Source: Stegostoma tigrinum
Taxonomy: Eukaryota
Reading direction: 5' to 3'
Length of the DNA stretch: 64,000 bases
NCBI RefSeq assembly: GCF_030684315.1
Contig: NC_081357.1
Coordinates: forward strand, 66,389,517-66,453,516
The position numbers and the translations under genes are program-made. Below are positions 1 through 11,920 of the stretch, piece by piece. The notes under the pieces are model-generated. The model worked only from the letters and a program-made list of their open reading frames with translations, was not told the origin of the DNA and ran no database searches. Position 1 is the stretch's first letter. Every line of letters starts with the position of its first letter.

Positions 1-181
1 AGATCACTGGGGAAACATATTGGTGGAGTATTGAATTGATCAAAGTGTCTGTTTAGTTTATTTCACGGGCACAAGCAAGATGAGTACAAATTTGGAAGAG
101 CAAAATTCAGATTTGGGATCTGTGTAAACTGATAAACTATAATACCAGAAGCTTTGAGCTTTAGACAAACTGACAGCATTC

Positions 182-1518
182 AAGGACCCTCTGCTGACCA
201 CTTCCGGCATTCATTTTATATGCATTGGTAACAAGGAAGTCAAGTCCATTTGCACAGAACTTCAAATCACACTCACACTTGCGTCAGAAGCAACTGAAAA
301 CCCTTTTGAGTGTCCTAGAGAGAAAGAAGGACCCAGAGGAGGGTAGTTATGTGAAGCACAGGTATTGTATGAAAATGTCCATCACGAATTGGTACCAGTA
401 ATTCTGAATCTCTCAGGCATTCTGTTACCATTATGGTGTCCAAAACTTTCACCTAACATTTATACGAAATTGATCAAGGCGTTGCTGAATCAAGAGAGTT
501 AGAAAATCATGAGGAAAAATACTAAGTGCAGAAGACTGATAGGAGACACTGCAGGCACTTCAGGTGTTTCTACAGTTAGAGGCCTAGATATTGTGCAATA
601 AGTGATCAATTAAATCAGTTAATTTTTCAAGTTAAAGGTATATTAAATGCAATGAATGATGACACTAAACTGAGAGGTCAGGCAAGAATGTTGTGTAAAA
701 TCTTTATTTGTGCGTTAAGGCAATTAACAAAAATGTGGACTTATATTGGAAGGTGCAGAATAGGTGTTGTGTTAGAGATATCTGTTACATCTGAAGATGG
801 AAAACCATTATAAAAGTGCAAAGTATTGGAGTGATCCAAAACACCATCTGGATGAGAGTTAAGGAAGTTCTATCTCAGTAGAAAAATGGGGAGACTTGTT
901 GGGACAGCACTCCAGGAGTGCCAACTAACTGATAAACTATTGAATGTTCCCATCCCATTTGCACAACTGGACAAGCCACACACGGTTTGATTCCAGTAGT
1001 AATAAAACAGTTAACTGCAGTCTTGAAATTTCAAGCACCATTTGAGAAAATATACTAAGACTTGGATGTGCAGGTGAAGGAGAACACTGTATCACAACAT
1101 CCCTAAATGAATTTCATTATCATTATCTGTTTTGTCCCATTACTGATTCATCATTTTGCATTTAACCTCGAATACTCAGGTGCAGAGGAACAATGGAATT
1201 GGTTAATATCAGGAAGAAAATAATCCGTGACTCTTGGTGTGATAGACACAGCTGGAACAATTGTTATATCTTGTCAAAAATATGGGGTCTATATTGCCCA
1301 GCAAAGGGAACATTTAGAAGAAATAAAAAGTTATTTTGAGGAAGGCACACAGGTTACATGTTAAGGTTCAGTAGAATAATCAGAAACTCAAGACAGATAT
1401 CAAAGCCATTAAGAAACATGGTTGATGGGATGATACCTGGAATCTGAAATGCATAACCACTTGGGTTTGCATTATTTCCTTACTTGTTGTTATTAGTATT
1501 TTGTGTACTTGGCTACAT
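182..1518 (+). pseudogene. Envelope/class I fusion glycoprotein-like pseudogene (stops and frameshifts)
   Basis: Manual translation: ...CPREKEGPRGG*LCEAQVLYENVHHELVPVILNLSGILLPLWCPKL...RKNTKCRR/LIGDTAGTSGVSTVRGLD (basic site plus G/A/S/T-rich fusion-peptide-like segment), heptad ISDQLNQLIFQVKGILNAMN, Cys-rich GCAGEGEHCITTS..FCP..SFC, heptad NNQKLKTDIKAIKKHG*WDDTW, then TM-like TTWVCIISLLVVISILCTWLH continuing LSFIPIMFHCSCQ* after 6055. Confidence 0.55.
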
Positions 1519-2334
1519 TGTTGTGAATTTGGTATAGAATTGTGGAATGGAAGGCAGGATTTTAGAAATTGTGTGTAAAATGATAGGGGGGGGAGACTGC
1601 GTGGTCCCTATAGAAGAGGTGTTTTTAAGGCTTGGAGATTTTTTTTTAAATGTCTGCAGCCAGCAGGAGATGCACAGAAGTTCTTGAAATTAAAACATTG
1701 TATCAAAAGTCTATACGGATAGCAGGCAAAGCAGCATTTGTAGCAAGTCAACAGGTTTATGGATTTAGCCATTTAATTTAAACTATGCCCTAGATACCAA
1801 AGCCCAATTAAATTTAAATCTGATGGTTTTGACAACCTCAGACCAATCCTATTGTTTAGAAAGTAATAGGTCATCAGGGATATAAAAGAAGAGGACATTT
1901 GAAAATCGGGATGAGAGGAAACAGCTTTCAACAGCCAACAGCTCTAATGAAAGAGAAAATCACTGGTTCTCACAAAAATCTCTAAGATCCCAGAGTAAGC
2001 ACCATCTAAATAAAAGTATTACAGTGCACTTAGCTAATATTCCTCACTCAAGAATTTGACAGAGGAAGGTGTTCCTGACTGGAAGGCATTCATAATTTCA
2101 AGACATTAGCTTTCGTTTTTTTTTAATTTGGTTGATATAAGTGGTACTTGTATCTATTTAGAACAGCATACTATTAGAATTTTGTTTTATTCAGGACTAG
2201 TTAGTAGCTAAGGGGAATTGTTTGATTTGTTAGCAGTTCTATTAATTTGTTCCCTGTCAGAGTTAGATAGCCAATTTCTTACTTGTTGCTAATAAAGTAA
2301 GTATCAGGGCGATTTAACCATCACCTCCAAAACA
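1519..2334 (+). repeat. 5' LTR of Gypsy element
   Basis: TGTTGTG...CCAAAACA. Colinear with 5234-6050 (e.g. shared CCCTAGATACCAAAGCCCAATTAAATTTAAA and GGTTTTGACAACCTCAGACCAATC). TATAAAA near 1881 and AATAAA at 2291. Confidence 0.88.
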
Positions 2335-2337
2335 GTT

Positions 2338-2357
2338 TAGGGGTTTGAGTCCAGGAT
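2338..2357 (+). promoter_or_regulatory. Degenerate primer-binding site (tRNA-Pro type)
   Basis: TAGGGGTTTGAGTCCAGGAT just 3' of the LTR resembles the canonical tRNA-Pro PBS TGGGGGCTCGTCCGGGAT. Confidence 0.55.
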
Positions 2358-2553
2358 CTGGGCAGTTCATGTGTGGGATCTGGAGGGATCTGAATAAATT
2401 TGAACAAATTTAAACAGATTTGGAATACGAAAGGTCTCAGCAGATTTGAACAGATTTGGGGATTAATGTCCTAGATCTTTAAATAAAATTCAAGTAAGTG
2501 GAAAATTTGTTTAATTTCAGTTACTTGTGCTTAGTTAAATCAAAAGTGAGGTA

Positions 2554-3620
2554 ATGGCTATAGGTTTTCTGCGGGGGGAAGAAGTAACTTTGGGTGTTTT
2601 ATGAAAGGCAAGCATGGGACAGCTGCTGGAATTGTTGGACAAGCTGGAGTTGGGGTTGCCTTTGCCTATGAGAAAAGAAGATTTAATTACAGCAATAGCT
2701 CAAACATTTAAGTTTGCCAGAAAGGCGATCAGAAATTTTTGGAAATGGCTAGAATTCAATTGCAGTTGAAGCAGCTTGAACAGAAAAGGGAATTGTTTGC
2801 ATACAGTTACAAGCAGAGGAAAGTAAAGTGAGAAGGACAGAGTTTGAACTTTGGACGTTGCAAATCGAACAGGATAGCCAGCTTAAAATGATTAAAACGA
2901 AGGTAGAAGATAGGCTTAGTGAGGAGGAGAGTGATGATGAGCAGACCCATTGTAGCCAAAGACCTGGTAGGGATATATATATAAATAAATATATAAATGT
3001 GTCAAAACATTACCAAAATTTAATGAAAAAGATGTAGAAGTGTTTTTCATTTCCTTTGAGTAATTGCCTAAACACATGAACTGGCCAGAGATTGTGTGGG
3101 TAATACTAATTCAGGCCAAGTTGGTGGGCAGGGCTAGTGAGATGTTTGCAGCACTGTCAATAAAGGTGTCTGGAGATTATGAAGCAGTAAAACAAGCTAT
3201 TTTGAGTCCCTACAAAATTGGTACCAGAAAGGTGTAGAAAACAGTTCAGAAATATAAGAAAGGAACCAGGTCAAACTTATATCGAATTTGAAAGAATTAA
3301 ACAAAGCAACTTGGACAGATGGGTGAGAGCATCAAAGATTGAAAAGACATATAAGGATCTTAGAGAGATTATTCTGCTGGAGGAGTTCAAAAATTCACTT
3401 CCAGAACTGATAAGAATTCATGTTGAGGAACTGGAAGTTAAAACAATGACAAGAGCTGCAGAGATAGAGGATGAATACGCATTAGAATATAAATCAAAAC
3501 CTAGCTTCTGAGAGCAATTTCATTCCAAGGGGGATAGTAATTGGGGGAAGAGGGATAGGAATTGGGGGAAAAGGGAGATCTTTCAATGAGAAACAAAAAG
3601 TAGACCACACTGGGAACACG
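2554..3620 (+). pseudogene. Gypsy gag (SCAN-like capsid domain), degenerate
   Basis: EVFFISFE*LPKHMNWPEIVWVILIQAKLVGRASEMF...DYEAVKQAILSPY, then ORF 3218-3511 VPERCRKQFRNIRKEPGQTYIEF...LREIILLEEFKNSLP, typical of Gmr1/SCAN-type gag. Confidence 0.8.
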
Positions 3621-3842
3621 AGATAACAAAGTGTGAAACTGGATGAACACAGCAGGCCAAGCAACATCTCAGGAGCACAAAATCTGACGTTTTGGGCCTA
3701 GACCCTTCATCAGAAAAGGGGGATGGGGAGAGGGTTCTGAAATAAATAGTGAGAGAGGGGAAGGTGGACTGAAGATGGATAGAGGAGAAGATAGGTGGAG
3801 AGGAGAGTATAGGTGAGAAGGTAGGGAGGGGATAGGTCAGTC
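3621..3842 (-). mobile_element. Penelope-like (Neptune-type) 3'-terminal fragment inserted in the Gypsy element
   Basis: Reverse complement of the element end seen at about 15935-16148, including the hammerhead core. It lacks the terminal tail. Confidence 0.9.
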
Positions 3843-3849
3843 TGTCAAG

Positions 3850-5044
3850 GTGTCTGCCACACCTGCGGGCTTAATCCTCTCAAAGCAGCACAGGTACAGA
3901 AGGAAATGGAAGCAATGCTCCAAGAGGACATCATAGAACCAAGTCAAAGCGAGTGGAGTTTCCCGATCACGTTGATTCTCAAACCTGATGGTACTCAATG
4001 ATTCTACATAGATTATCGGAAGGTAAACGCTGTGACTCAGTCAGATTCATACTCAATTCCAAAGCTGGAAGATTGTGTGGAAAAAGTTAGACAGGCCACT
4101 TACATTACGAAGTTAAACTTTCTTTGTCAGAGACAGTGAAAGAAGTTTCTGCATTTGTGAGCTAAAATAGGCTGTATCAATTTAAAATAATTCCCTTTGG
4201 AATGAAGAACGCATCAGCTACATTTCAAAGACTTATGAACAGAGTTATGGCAGGATTGACGAATTGTACCACTGATATAGATGACTTAGTGATCTTTAGC
4301 CCCTCGTGGACAGATCACAAGGTGCATTTGGCAGAGGTCTTTGAGAGATTATGGAAGGCTAACTTGGTCATAAATTTTGGCAGTCAGAATTTGCGAAAGC
4401 AGAAGTGATGTATTTAAGTCGCGACATTGGATATGGAAAGATGACCCCGAGGAATGTGAAGACGAAGGCCATTGAGGAATTTCCAAGACCATCCCCAAAG
4501 AAGGAAGTGCTACGATTTTTGGGACTGAGTGAATTCAACCGGAAGTTTGAACCAAACTTTAGTAACGGTGTGCCACCACTGATGGATTTGTTAAAAAAGA
4601 ACATGAAATTTCAGTGGACAGAAAAATGCCAGGATGCATTTGAGAATTTAAAAGCACTGCAGCAGTTTAAGCCATGCCAAATTTCTTGAAACTTTTTGAA
4701 CTCACCATCAACATAAGCGATATAGGTGTTAGAGCTGTGTTATTACAGGAGGATGATTGTGGGAGTGAAAGGCCAATTGGTTATTTTTGAAATAAACTCG
4801 ACATCCAGCAGAAAAAAAATTCAACCACTGAAAAGGAGTTATTGAGTTTGGTACTGGCCTTACAACTTTTTAATTGGAGATGGCTGTGTACACTGATCAC
4901 AATGCTTTGAGATATTTTGAAAAATGTAACGACAAGAACACCATGCTATTTCACTGGAGTCTTATGTTACAAGCATTTAATTTACAATTTGTACATTTTT
5001 TGAGTTGGTAAAATGTTATTGCGGATGAGTTATTGAAGGTTTAA
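3850..5044 (+). pseudogene. Gypsy pol: reverse transcriptase and RNase H, degenerate
   Basis: MLQEDIIEPSQSEWSFPITLILKPDG..IDYRKVNAVT, PFGMKNASATFQRLMN...DIDDLVIFS, KKEVLRFLGL, and RNaseH-like IGVRAVLLQED...RPIGYF...STTEKELLSLVLAL...VYTDHN. Confidence 0.88.
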
Positions 5045-5223
5045 AATGAAAATGTGCATATAAAATAGGCATCGTGGTATTCAATGTTTTATTTATGTGT
5101 GTATAGAACTAGTATGAAATGTGTAACTATAGATTAACGATCAATGTATCTAGTAATAATGGCATTAAAATTTCGAGGGAAAAAGTGGAGCCATCTTTTT
5201 ATAATAATGGTTTATTCTTTCTT

Positions 5224-5233
5224 AAGGGGGGAG
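5224..5233 (+). promoter_or_regulatory. Polypurine tract
   Basis: AAGGGGGGAG immediately before the 3' LTR. Confidence 0.75.
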
Positions 5234-6050
5234 TTTTTGCCAAGTTAGTATAGTACTTGTGAATTGGAAGGCAAGACGTTAGTGCATGGTCCCTTTAAAA
5301 AGGTTTTTTTTAGGCTTGTAAATTTAAAAGAAATGCCTGCAGGCAGCAGCAGATGCACAGAAAGTTCTTGAAATTGAAACATTTTATCAAAAGGCTATAT
5401 CAATAGCAGGCAAAGCATCATTTTTACCAAGATGACACGTTTCTGGATTTAGCCAATTAATTTAAACCAGGCCCTAGATACCAAAGCCCAATTAAATTTA
5501 AACCTGATGGTTTTGACAACCTCAGACCAATCTATTGTTTAGAAATTAATAGGTCATCAAGATATAAAAGAAGAGTGCATTTGAAAATTGGGATAACAGG
5601 AAACTACCATCTGTTTAGAACAGCTCTCAATAGCCATCAGCTCAAAAGAAAGAGAAAATCATTGGATCGCGCAGAAATCTCTAAGATCTCAGAGAAAGCA
5701 CTATTAAACAAAAGTACTACGGCACATTTAGCTAATATTCCTGACTCAAGAATTCGACAGAGGAAGGCGTTCCTAACTGGAGGATGGATGTAATTTCAAG
5801 ATATTAAGCTTTAGTATATTTTTATATATTTGGTTTATATAAGTGGGGCTTGTAACTAATGGAATAGCATAACAAGAGAATTTTGTTTTATTCAGGAATA
5901 CTTAGTCATTGAGGAGGAATTGTTTTATTTGTTAGTACTAACAAATTTCTGTTAAATTGTTCACTGTTAGCATTAGATAAATAAATTGTTACTTGTTGCT
6001 TATAAAGTGAGTATCAGAGATTTCTTTGATTTCATCTCCACTCCATAACA
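5234..6050 (+). repeat. 3' LTR of Gypsy element
   Basis: Colinear with 1519-2334 and ends CCATAACA. Visibly diverged from the 5' LTR, so an old insertion. Confidence 0.88.
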
Positions 6051-6416
6051 ATATCTTTCTTTTATTCCTATTATGTTTCACTGTTCGTGTCAGTGACAAG
6101 TGCAATTGCAGAGTATGGAGTATGTTAGAAATACTTCAGGTGTAGCATTACGTTATTTCACAGTAATTGCTTATTTTCTTTATTGGCATGCTTATTACCC
6201 TGTTTTGTTTCATGCATTATTTACTGTTCATCACTTTGTAATTAATTTATTGGTTATTTGTTTGCATATGTCTATCTGCAAAATGAAATGATGCATTTTA
6301 TTTAAGTTGTGCATGGTTTAGCAACTTAACTTGGATATGAACCAATACGGTGGAAAATGATCAATTATACTACTGTTTGTTCATCAAATCAAAAATAACC
6401 AACAAACATGAGGGAC

Positions 6417-7039
6417 TGTGACTGCTCATGAAATGAAAGAATCAGTGATAACTCTTTCTGGAATTAACTGTTTCCTGCGATAAAAAGGACAAGGAATTAA
6501 AAGCAATATGCCAATTAACCATCCCTCGGAAAAGAAGAAGTCAAGGTTCCATAAGCATACTATTTTAACAACTGCGTGATAACAGGCTGCCATATGTCAC
6601 AGGGAGAAATAATTGCCCTGCAGAAAAATTTAAGGAATTAATGCAGAACAGACTTTGAACAGTCAACTGACACCAAATGGATCAAAGAACAGGGAAGCTA
6701 CTAATAAGAAAGCAAGCTACAGACTTGATGGCTTCAGAATTGTCATAAATAAAGTTACACTATGGCTCAACCAGACAGAAGATCCTATAAAAATTCAACA
6801 TCAGCATTCTTCAGCAGAAGAAGAACAATGGTGCACAAGAACCCTGGGTATTTCTAGCGGCAGACACTTTTGGTTGGAATCGTCGCTAAATTCCACCATT
6901 AATGAGGTAATGGCTGAGTTGAGTTGTGATGTTTAGCTTGCTTACTTGAGAGGTTTTATTTTTGTTGGTCCTTGCAATAAAGTTTAAATAATTGTTTTGA
7001 AATGAGATTGTCTGTGACTTTTCTCAATAAGTGGTAACA
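6417..7039 (+). repeat. Putative 3' LTR of the env-bearing element
   Basis: Starts TGTGA after a purine tract, has CCTATAAAAA at about 6784 and AATAAA at about 6976, and ends GGTAACA. No second copy in the window to confirm it. Confidence 0.55.
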
Positions 7040-7635
7040 TGAAAGGTAGCTTGTAGTAATGGACACACAGCATGTTGAAGACGTATGCAATGTTATTTTG
7101 GAGAAGGTACTATCTCAGCCGAGATCCACAGGTCTTGGAGGTCAGTACTTGGCCAAGAAACTCATTCAATGGTCTCAGTCTACATAGGTGCAAGAAAAAA
7201 TACAAAAATGCCTCCACTGTCCACCTATAGAAGCAATAGGGAACTAAGTAGTCACAGACAAATCCCTCCCATCACTGGCAGAAGTTAAACCCGGATCTTC
7301 CAAGACTATATTGGTGCTAAGTCTTGATCAAGATCTGCTGCCAAAGAGCCAGTACAGTTTCAATAAAGGTCAAGGGGCCATTGGTATGGTGCTTGCATAC
7401 AGACATTTCCAGGAAAAATATCCCAAGAAAAAAACATGGGCCTTTACACTACATTTGTTGACCTGGTCCAATCGCTTTGACACAGTCAGCATGAGGATCT
7501 TTGAAAGATAGTGGAGGCATTTGGCAGCCCTAAGAAATTCATCACAATAATTCAATAATTCCATGAGGGCATGTTTATCTGTGTTCTAGATGACAGTCAG
7601 CATTTTAACCCATTCACAGTCACCAAGTGAGTTAT

Positions 7636-8479
7636 TCAGTCATAGATAGAGCTGTACAGCATGGAAACAGACTCTTTTGTTGAACTCATCTATGCTGACC
7701 AGATATCCTGAATTAATCTAGTCCCATTTGCTAGCATTTGCCCATGTCCCTCTATCCTTCCTATTCATTTACCCATTCAGATGACTTTTAAATGTTGTAA
7801 TTGTACCAGCCTCCACCACTTCCTCTGGAAGCTCGTTCCATGCACGCACCAAACTCTGTATGAAGAAGGTCGCTTTTAAATCTTGCTGGAAAAGCTCATC
7901 AGGTCTGGCAGCATCTGGAAAGGAAGGAACAGAGTTAACATTTCAGGTCCAGTGACCCTTCCTCAGAATTCAGGGTCACCAGACCCAAAACATTAACTCT
8001 GTTTTTTCCTTCACAGATGCTGCCAGACCTGCTGAGCTTTTCCAGCAACTTTGTTTTTGTTCCTGAATCACAGCATCTGCAGTACTTTTGTTTTTTTTTG
8101 CTTTTATAAATCTTACCCCTCTCATCTTAAACCTCCAATCCTGGCAACATCCTTGTAAATCTTTTCTGAACCTTTTCAAGTTTCACAACATCCTTCCTAT
8201 AATACAAGACCAGAATCACACACAGTATTCCAAAAGTGGCCTAACCAATGTTCTGTACAGCACAACATGACCTTCCAATTCCTATACTCAATGCACCGAC
8301 CAATAAAGGCAAGCATACCAAACGCCTGCTTTACTATCCTGTCTACCTGCAACTTCGCTTTCAAGGAACTATGAACCTGCACTCCAAGATTCTTTTGTTC
8401 AGCAAGACTCCCTAGGACCTTACTATTAAGTGTATAAGTCCTGCCCTGATTTGCGTTTCCAAAATGCAGCACCTCACCT
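7636..8479 (-). mobile_element. CR1 LINE 3' fragment
   Basis: Minus ORF 8197-8472 MLHFGNANQGRTYTLNSKVLGSLAEQKNLGVQVHSSLK...AFGMLAFIGRCIEYRNW. CR1 3' UTR at about 7640-7720. Confidence 0.9.
7883..8100. mobile_element. Short Penelope-derived foldback insertion
   Basis: Inverted arms TTGCTGGAAAAGCTCA..CAGGTCTGGCAGCATCTG..AACAGAGTTAAC / TTAACTCTG..CAGATGCTGCCAGACCTGCTGAGCTTTTCCAGCAA, with a tail on the right arm only. Flanked by GCTTTT(AT)AAATCTT repeats. Confidence 0.8.
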
Positions 8480-10019
8480 TAAACAAGATTATGCACCCAT
8501 GTCAACTCTTAACTGCATTTCTCTTTTCCAGCAAGATTTTCAATGCCTTCCATGATAGTTACCTTGGCAGTGAAATCAGATATGGCTTGGATAGAAAGCT
8601 GCTCAGTTTGAGACAATTGTTTATAAAGACGAAGGGCTTTCAAGGCCATACCTAGCAGTTTCAAGTTTGCTGATAACTAGCTGTCAGTCCAAAGCAGGGC
8701 ATGTGGCACAGATTTGCTTGATGCCAATCTGCGATAGGAAAGCCCTATCTTGAGCCCAACTATTCTGCAACTTTAACATATCAACAGAGGCTAAGTTCAC
8801 TTAGCTCTCCATCGACATCTATCAAGCTGCCTATACTGACAGTGTGCCACATGGAAAACTTGCCAAAGCAACTGTAGCCTTTGGCAGATTTCACACATTA
8901 ATCCAGGAGTACAGGAGAATAAGCCTGCATTTCAAACTGATAGTGAATAGCACAACAGCCCTATGCACTCTTCTTATGCATTTGAGACTTGGACTGCATA
9001 CCAGTATCATGCCAAGAAATTAAATCACTTTCACTTGAGCTGCCTTGGAAGCAGATGGCAGGACAGCATATCAGCTACTGAGTTGCTCACCCTCGCAGGC
9101 ATGCCAAGCATCCCCACTATATTGAGGCAGTCACAACTGAGTTCGTCTTGACGTGTAGCCAAAACATATTTTGATATTGACTGTGAGTCCTGACAAAAGC
9201 TTACCCTGGATGGTTGCACCTAATACAGCCAAATATAAAATAGTTTGCCATCCCTTGAAGGCAAATCCATATCCGAGGCAAACAAAAAAAGACATAACAA
9301 AAGGAAATACTGAGCCATCAACCTATTCAAAGCTTGATCATCTGCGGTAAATTGCAGCAGAACGTTTTGGGTGCAAATCCAGTTTTTCAATCCCTGCAAA
9401 ACACCAGGTACCTTAATAAACATCCCTGAAGGAAAATTTGGTCATCTTCACCTCAACTGATGAACAATAAGAGAAAAAAATGTACATGACTAAAAGGTGG
9501 TGTTAATGTTAAAGACATAAAATTCTAATTTAATCCTATGATGCTATTGACTTTTAGTGTAATTTTAAGTAGATGAAATACATTTTCAACTAAGCACATT
9601 ACTTCCAGATAGAAGACAAACAGTGAAATTGCTACCTTGTTTTGTGAGTAAAATTGTAGGGTGCAATATGAATACCTTGTACCGAAGAATTTCACTTTCA
9701 CTAATTTAAGCTTGGACATGGTTGAATCACTGAATCGTATTTGGATGCTCATTTCCAAGTCAAATGAAAGAATGGCTAAAAGAAATTCTCTGCTGGAGTA
9801 AATTGGTTACACAATGGATTAATAAACAATCCTCTTACTCTGAACTCAGTTCCAAATTCAATCTGGAGTAATTGGATAGACATTTCTTTCTCTAAGTATG
9901 CTAAAGTTGAATGAAATGTGTTTAAAACAATTATTACTCAATCCTGAATTGGGTGCAGGCCGAATCAAAACTTGCCTGCAATTTAGTGTGAAACAGCAAT
10001 TTTCACCGGAAAGAAGTGA

Positions 10020-11040
10020 TAAGAACAGAAGAACTTGGAGCAGGAGTGGGCAATTCAGCCGCTAGACCCCGCTATGCTTCTTGTTACAAATGTGGCTGAT
10101 GTCATCTCAGCCTCAACTCCATATTCCTGCCCACCCTCCATAGCTCTTCAGCCTGTTACTATTTAGAAATCCATCTCCTCTTTAAATTTACTTAATGTGT
10201 CAACATGTCCACCATACTCTGGAGTAGTGAATGCTACAGATTCAAAACCTTTTGGAAGAAGTAAGATCTGTTCATCTCTTGTTTTAACTACGCCATCCTT
10301 TATCCTAAAATTATGACCTCTTGTTCTAGATTGCCCACATAGGGAAACATCCTTCCTACATTTACTTTGCCAGTCCGCTTTAACATTTTATATACCGCAA
10401 TTAGATCTCCTCTCATTCTTTTAAGTTTGAGAGAGTAAAAATATAATCTGCTGAATCTATTTTCATAAGACAAACCCCTTATGTTTGGTATCAATGAATG
10501 AACCTCCTCTGAATTTCTTCCAATACAACTATATCCCTCCACAACAGAAGGAACAAAAATTGTAGCTACTACCCTGGTGCGGTGTACAATGCCATTTACA
10601 ATTGCAGGAATACTTCCCTAATTTTATGCTCCAATCCTTTAACAATAAATGTCAAAATTTTACATTTACCTTCCTGCTGTACCTGCATCCTAGATTTCTA
10701 GATCACACCCAGATCCTTTTTCACCAAAGTACTCTTAAGTTTATCTCCATTTAGATAATAAGTTGCCTTTGTATTCTTTTGACCAAAATAAATAACTTCA
10801 CACTTTTCCACTTTAAACTTCAAATTTCATCTGTCAGGTTTTGGCCTAGTCACCTAACCTATCCATATTTGTCGGTAATTTTTTTTATTTCTTCATTGTA
10901 GCTGACTTTCCAATCTAAATTAGTGTCATCTGCAAATAGTACTTTCTATTCCCGCATACAAGACATTAATATAGATTGTAAATAGTTGGACCCCGAGAAC
11001 TGAGCCCTATGGCACCACACCGGATACATCTTGCCAACCA
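10020..11040 (-). mobile_element. CR1 LINE 3' fragment
   Basis: Minus ORF 10300-10542 IPNIRGLSYENRFSRL.FYSLKLKRMRGDLIAVYKML. CR1 3' end near 10020. Confidence 0.85.
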
Positions 11041-11169
11041 AAAAAGGAAGGTTGTTCATTCTTAAATGTGTATGCAGCCATTCAAGGAATTTCATTTGAT
11101 TGGTATTAGTTACATTTAAGGATATATAGTTATTAATAAGTAAGTGCTAAAACTCAATGAAGACCCTGC

Positions 11170-11920
11170 GACCATGAGATATAACAGTGGAATGAGGCCA
11201 TTTGGCTCATTGAGTCTGCTTCATCATTCAGTCAAAAATAATGTTTTTCTCTACTCTATACTCCTGGCTTTTTGCTGTAACCTTTGAATCCCTTACTAAT
11301 CAAATCTTAAAAACTGTTGCTCACTGGCCTCCACAGCCTTCCACGGCAATGAGTTCCACAGTTTAACTACCCTCTGGCTTAAGAAATTCCCCTTCTTCAC
11401 AGTTCTAATGGGTTGTCCCTTCCCTCTAAGGCTGTCCTGTCTGATCCTAGTCTCTCCTACTAGTAGAAACATCTTCTCCACGTTTACTCCATCTGTGCCA
11501 GTCAGTATTATGTAAGTTTCGGTAAGATCTCCACCTCATCTTTCCAAACTCCATCAAGGGGAGACACAGAGTCCTCAATTGCTCATATGACAGGCCTTTC
11601 ATCCCTGAGATCATTCTTGTAAACCTTCTGTGGGCCACATCCAATACAAGCACATCTTTCCTTAGATACAGGCCCAAACTGGTCACATTATTTCAAATGG
11701 AGTCAGATCAGGACATTATACAGCATCAGCAGTGTATGTCTGCTCTTGTATTCTAGCGCTCTTGAAATGAATGCTTACAATGCATTTGCCTTCCTAACTA
11801 CAAACTGAACCTGGATGTTAACCTTAAGAGAGCCCTGAACTAGGACTCCTAAGTCCCTTTGTGCTTCAGATTTCTGAAGACATTCCCAATTACATAACAG
11901 CCAACACCTCTATTCCCCTT
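11170..11920 (-). mobile_element. CR1 LINE 3' fragment
   Basis: Minus ORFs YLRKDVLVLDVAHRRFTRMISGMKGLSYE and RVVKLWNSLPWKAVEA. Confidence 0.88.

Larger units (their letters stand above)
1519..6050 (+). mobile_element. Gypsy (Gmr1-like) LTR retrotransposon, both LTRs present, internally deleted
   Basis: Two homologous ~815-bp LTRs, tRNA-Pro-like PBS, SCAN-like gag, RT-RNaseH, PPT, and a 4-bp TSD ACAT (1515-1518) / ATAT (6051-6054). Confidence 0.9.
1..7039 (+). mobile_element. 3' part of a degenerate env-bearing LTR retroelement/ERV, interrupted by a nested Gypsy element at 1519-6050
   Basis: Decayed env-like frame at 182-1518 resumes at 6055. It is followed by an AT-rich 3' UTR, a purine tract (ATGAGGGAC, 6408-6416) and a TG...CA-bounded LTR-like unit at 6417-7039. 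Confidence 0.6.
7190..9470 (+). mobile_element. RTE-clade LINE RT fragment, split by a CR1 insertion at about 7636-8479
   Basis: LPKSQYSFNKGQGAIGMV..RHFQEK..FVDL..FDTVS..FGSPKKFITII.FHEGM...PFTVT, resuming as KQ..P.TL at 8480, then YAFETWTAYQYHAKKLNHFHLSCL...WQD...ELLTLAGMPSIPTILRQSQL. Confidence 0.8.

Noticed and set aside
1583-1595. G-run as a polypurine tract marking an LTR start
   Set aside because: Homology to the 3' LTR extends upstream to 1519, so the run is inside the LTR.
2390-2465. Short repeated AGATTTGAACA/AGATTTGG motifs resembling a spacer array
   Set aside because: Irregular degenerate repeats in the Gypsy 5' leader with no constant repeat-spacer period. No CRISPR-like array was seen anywhere in the window.
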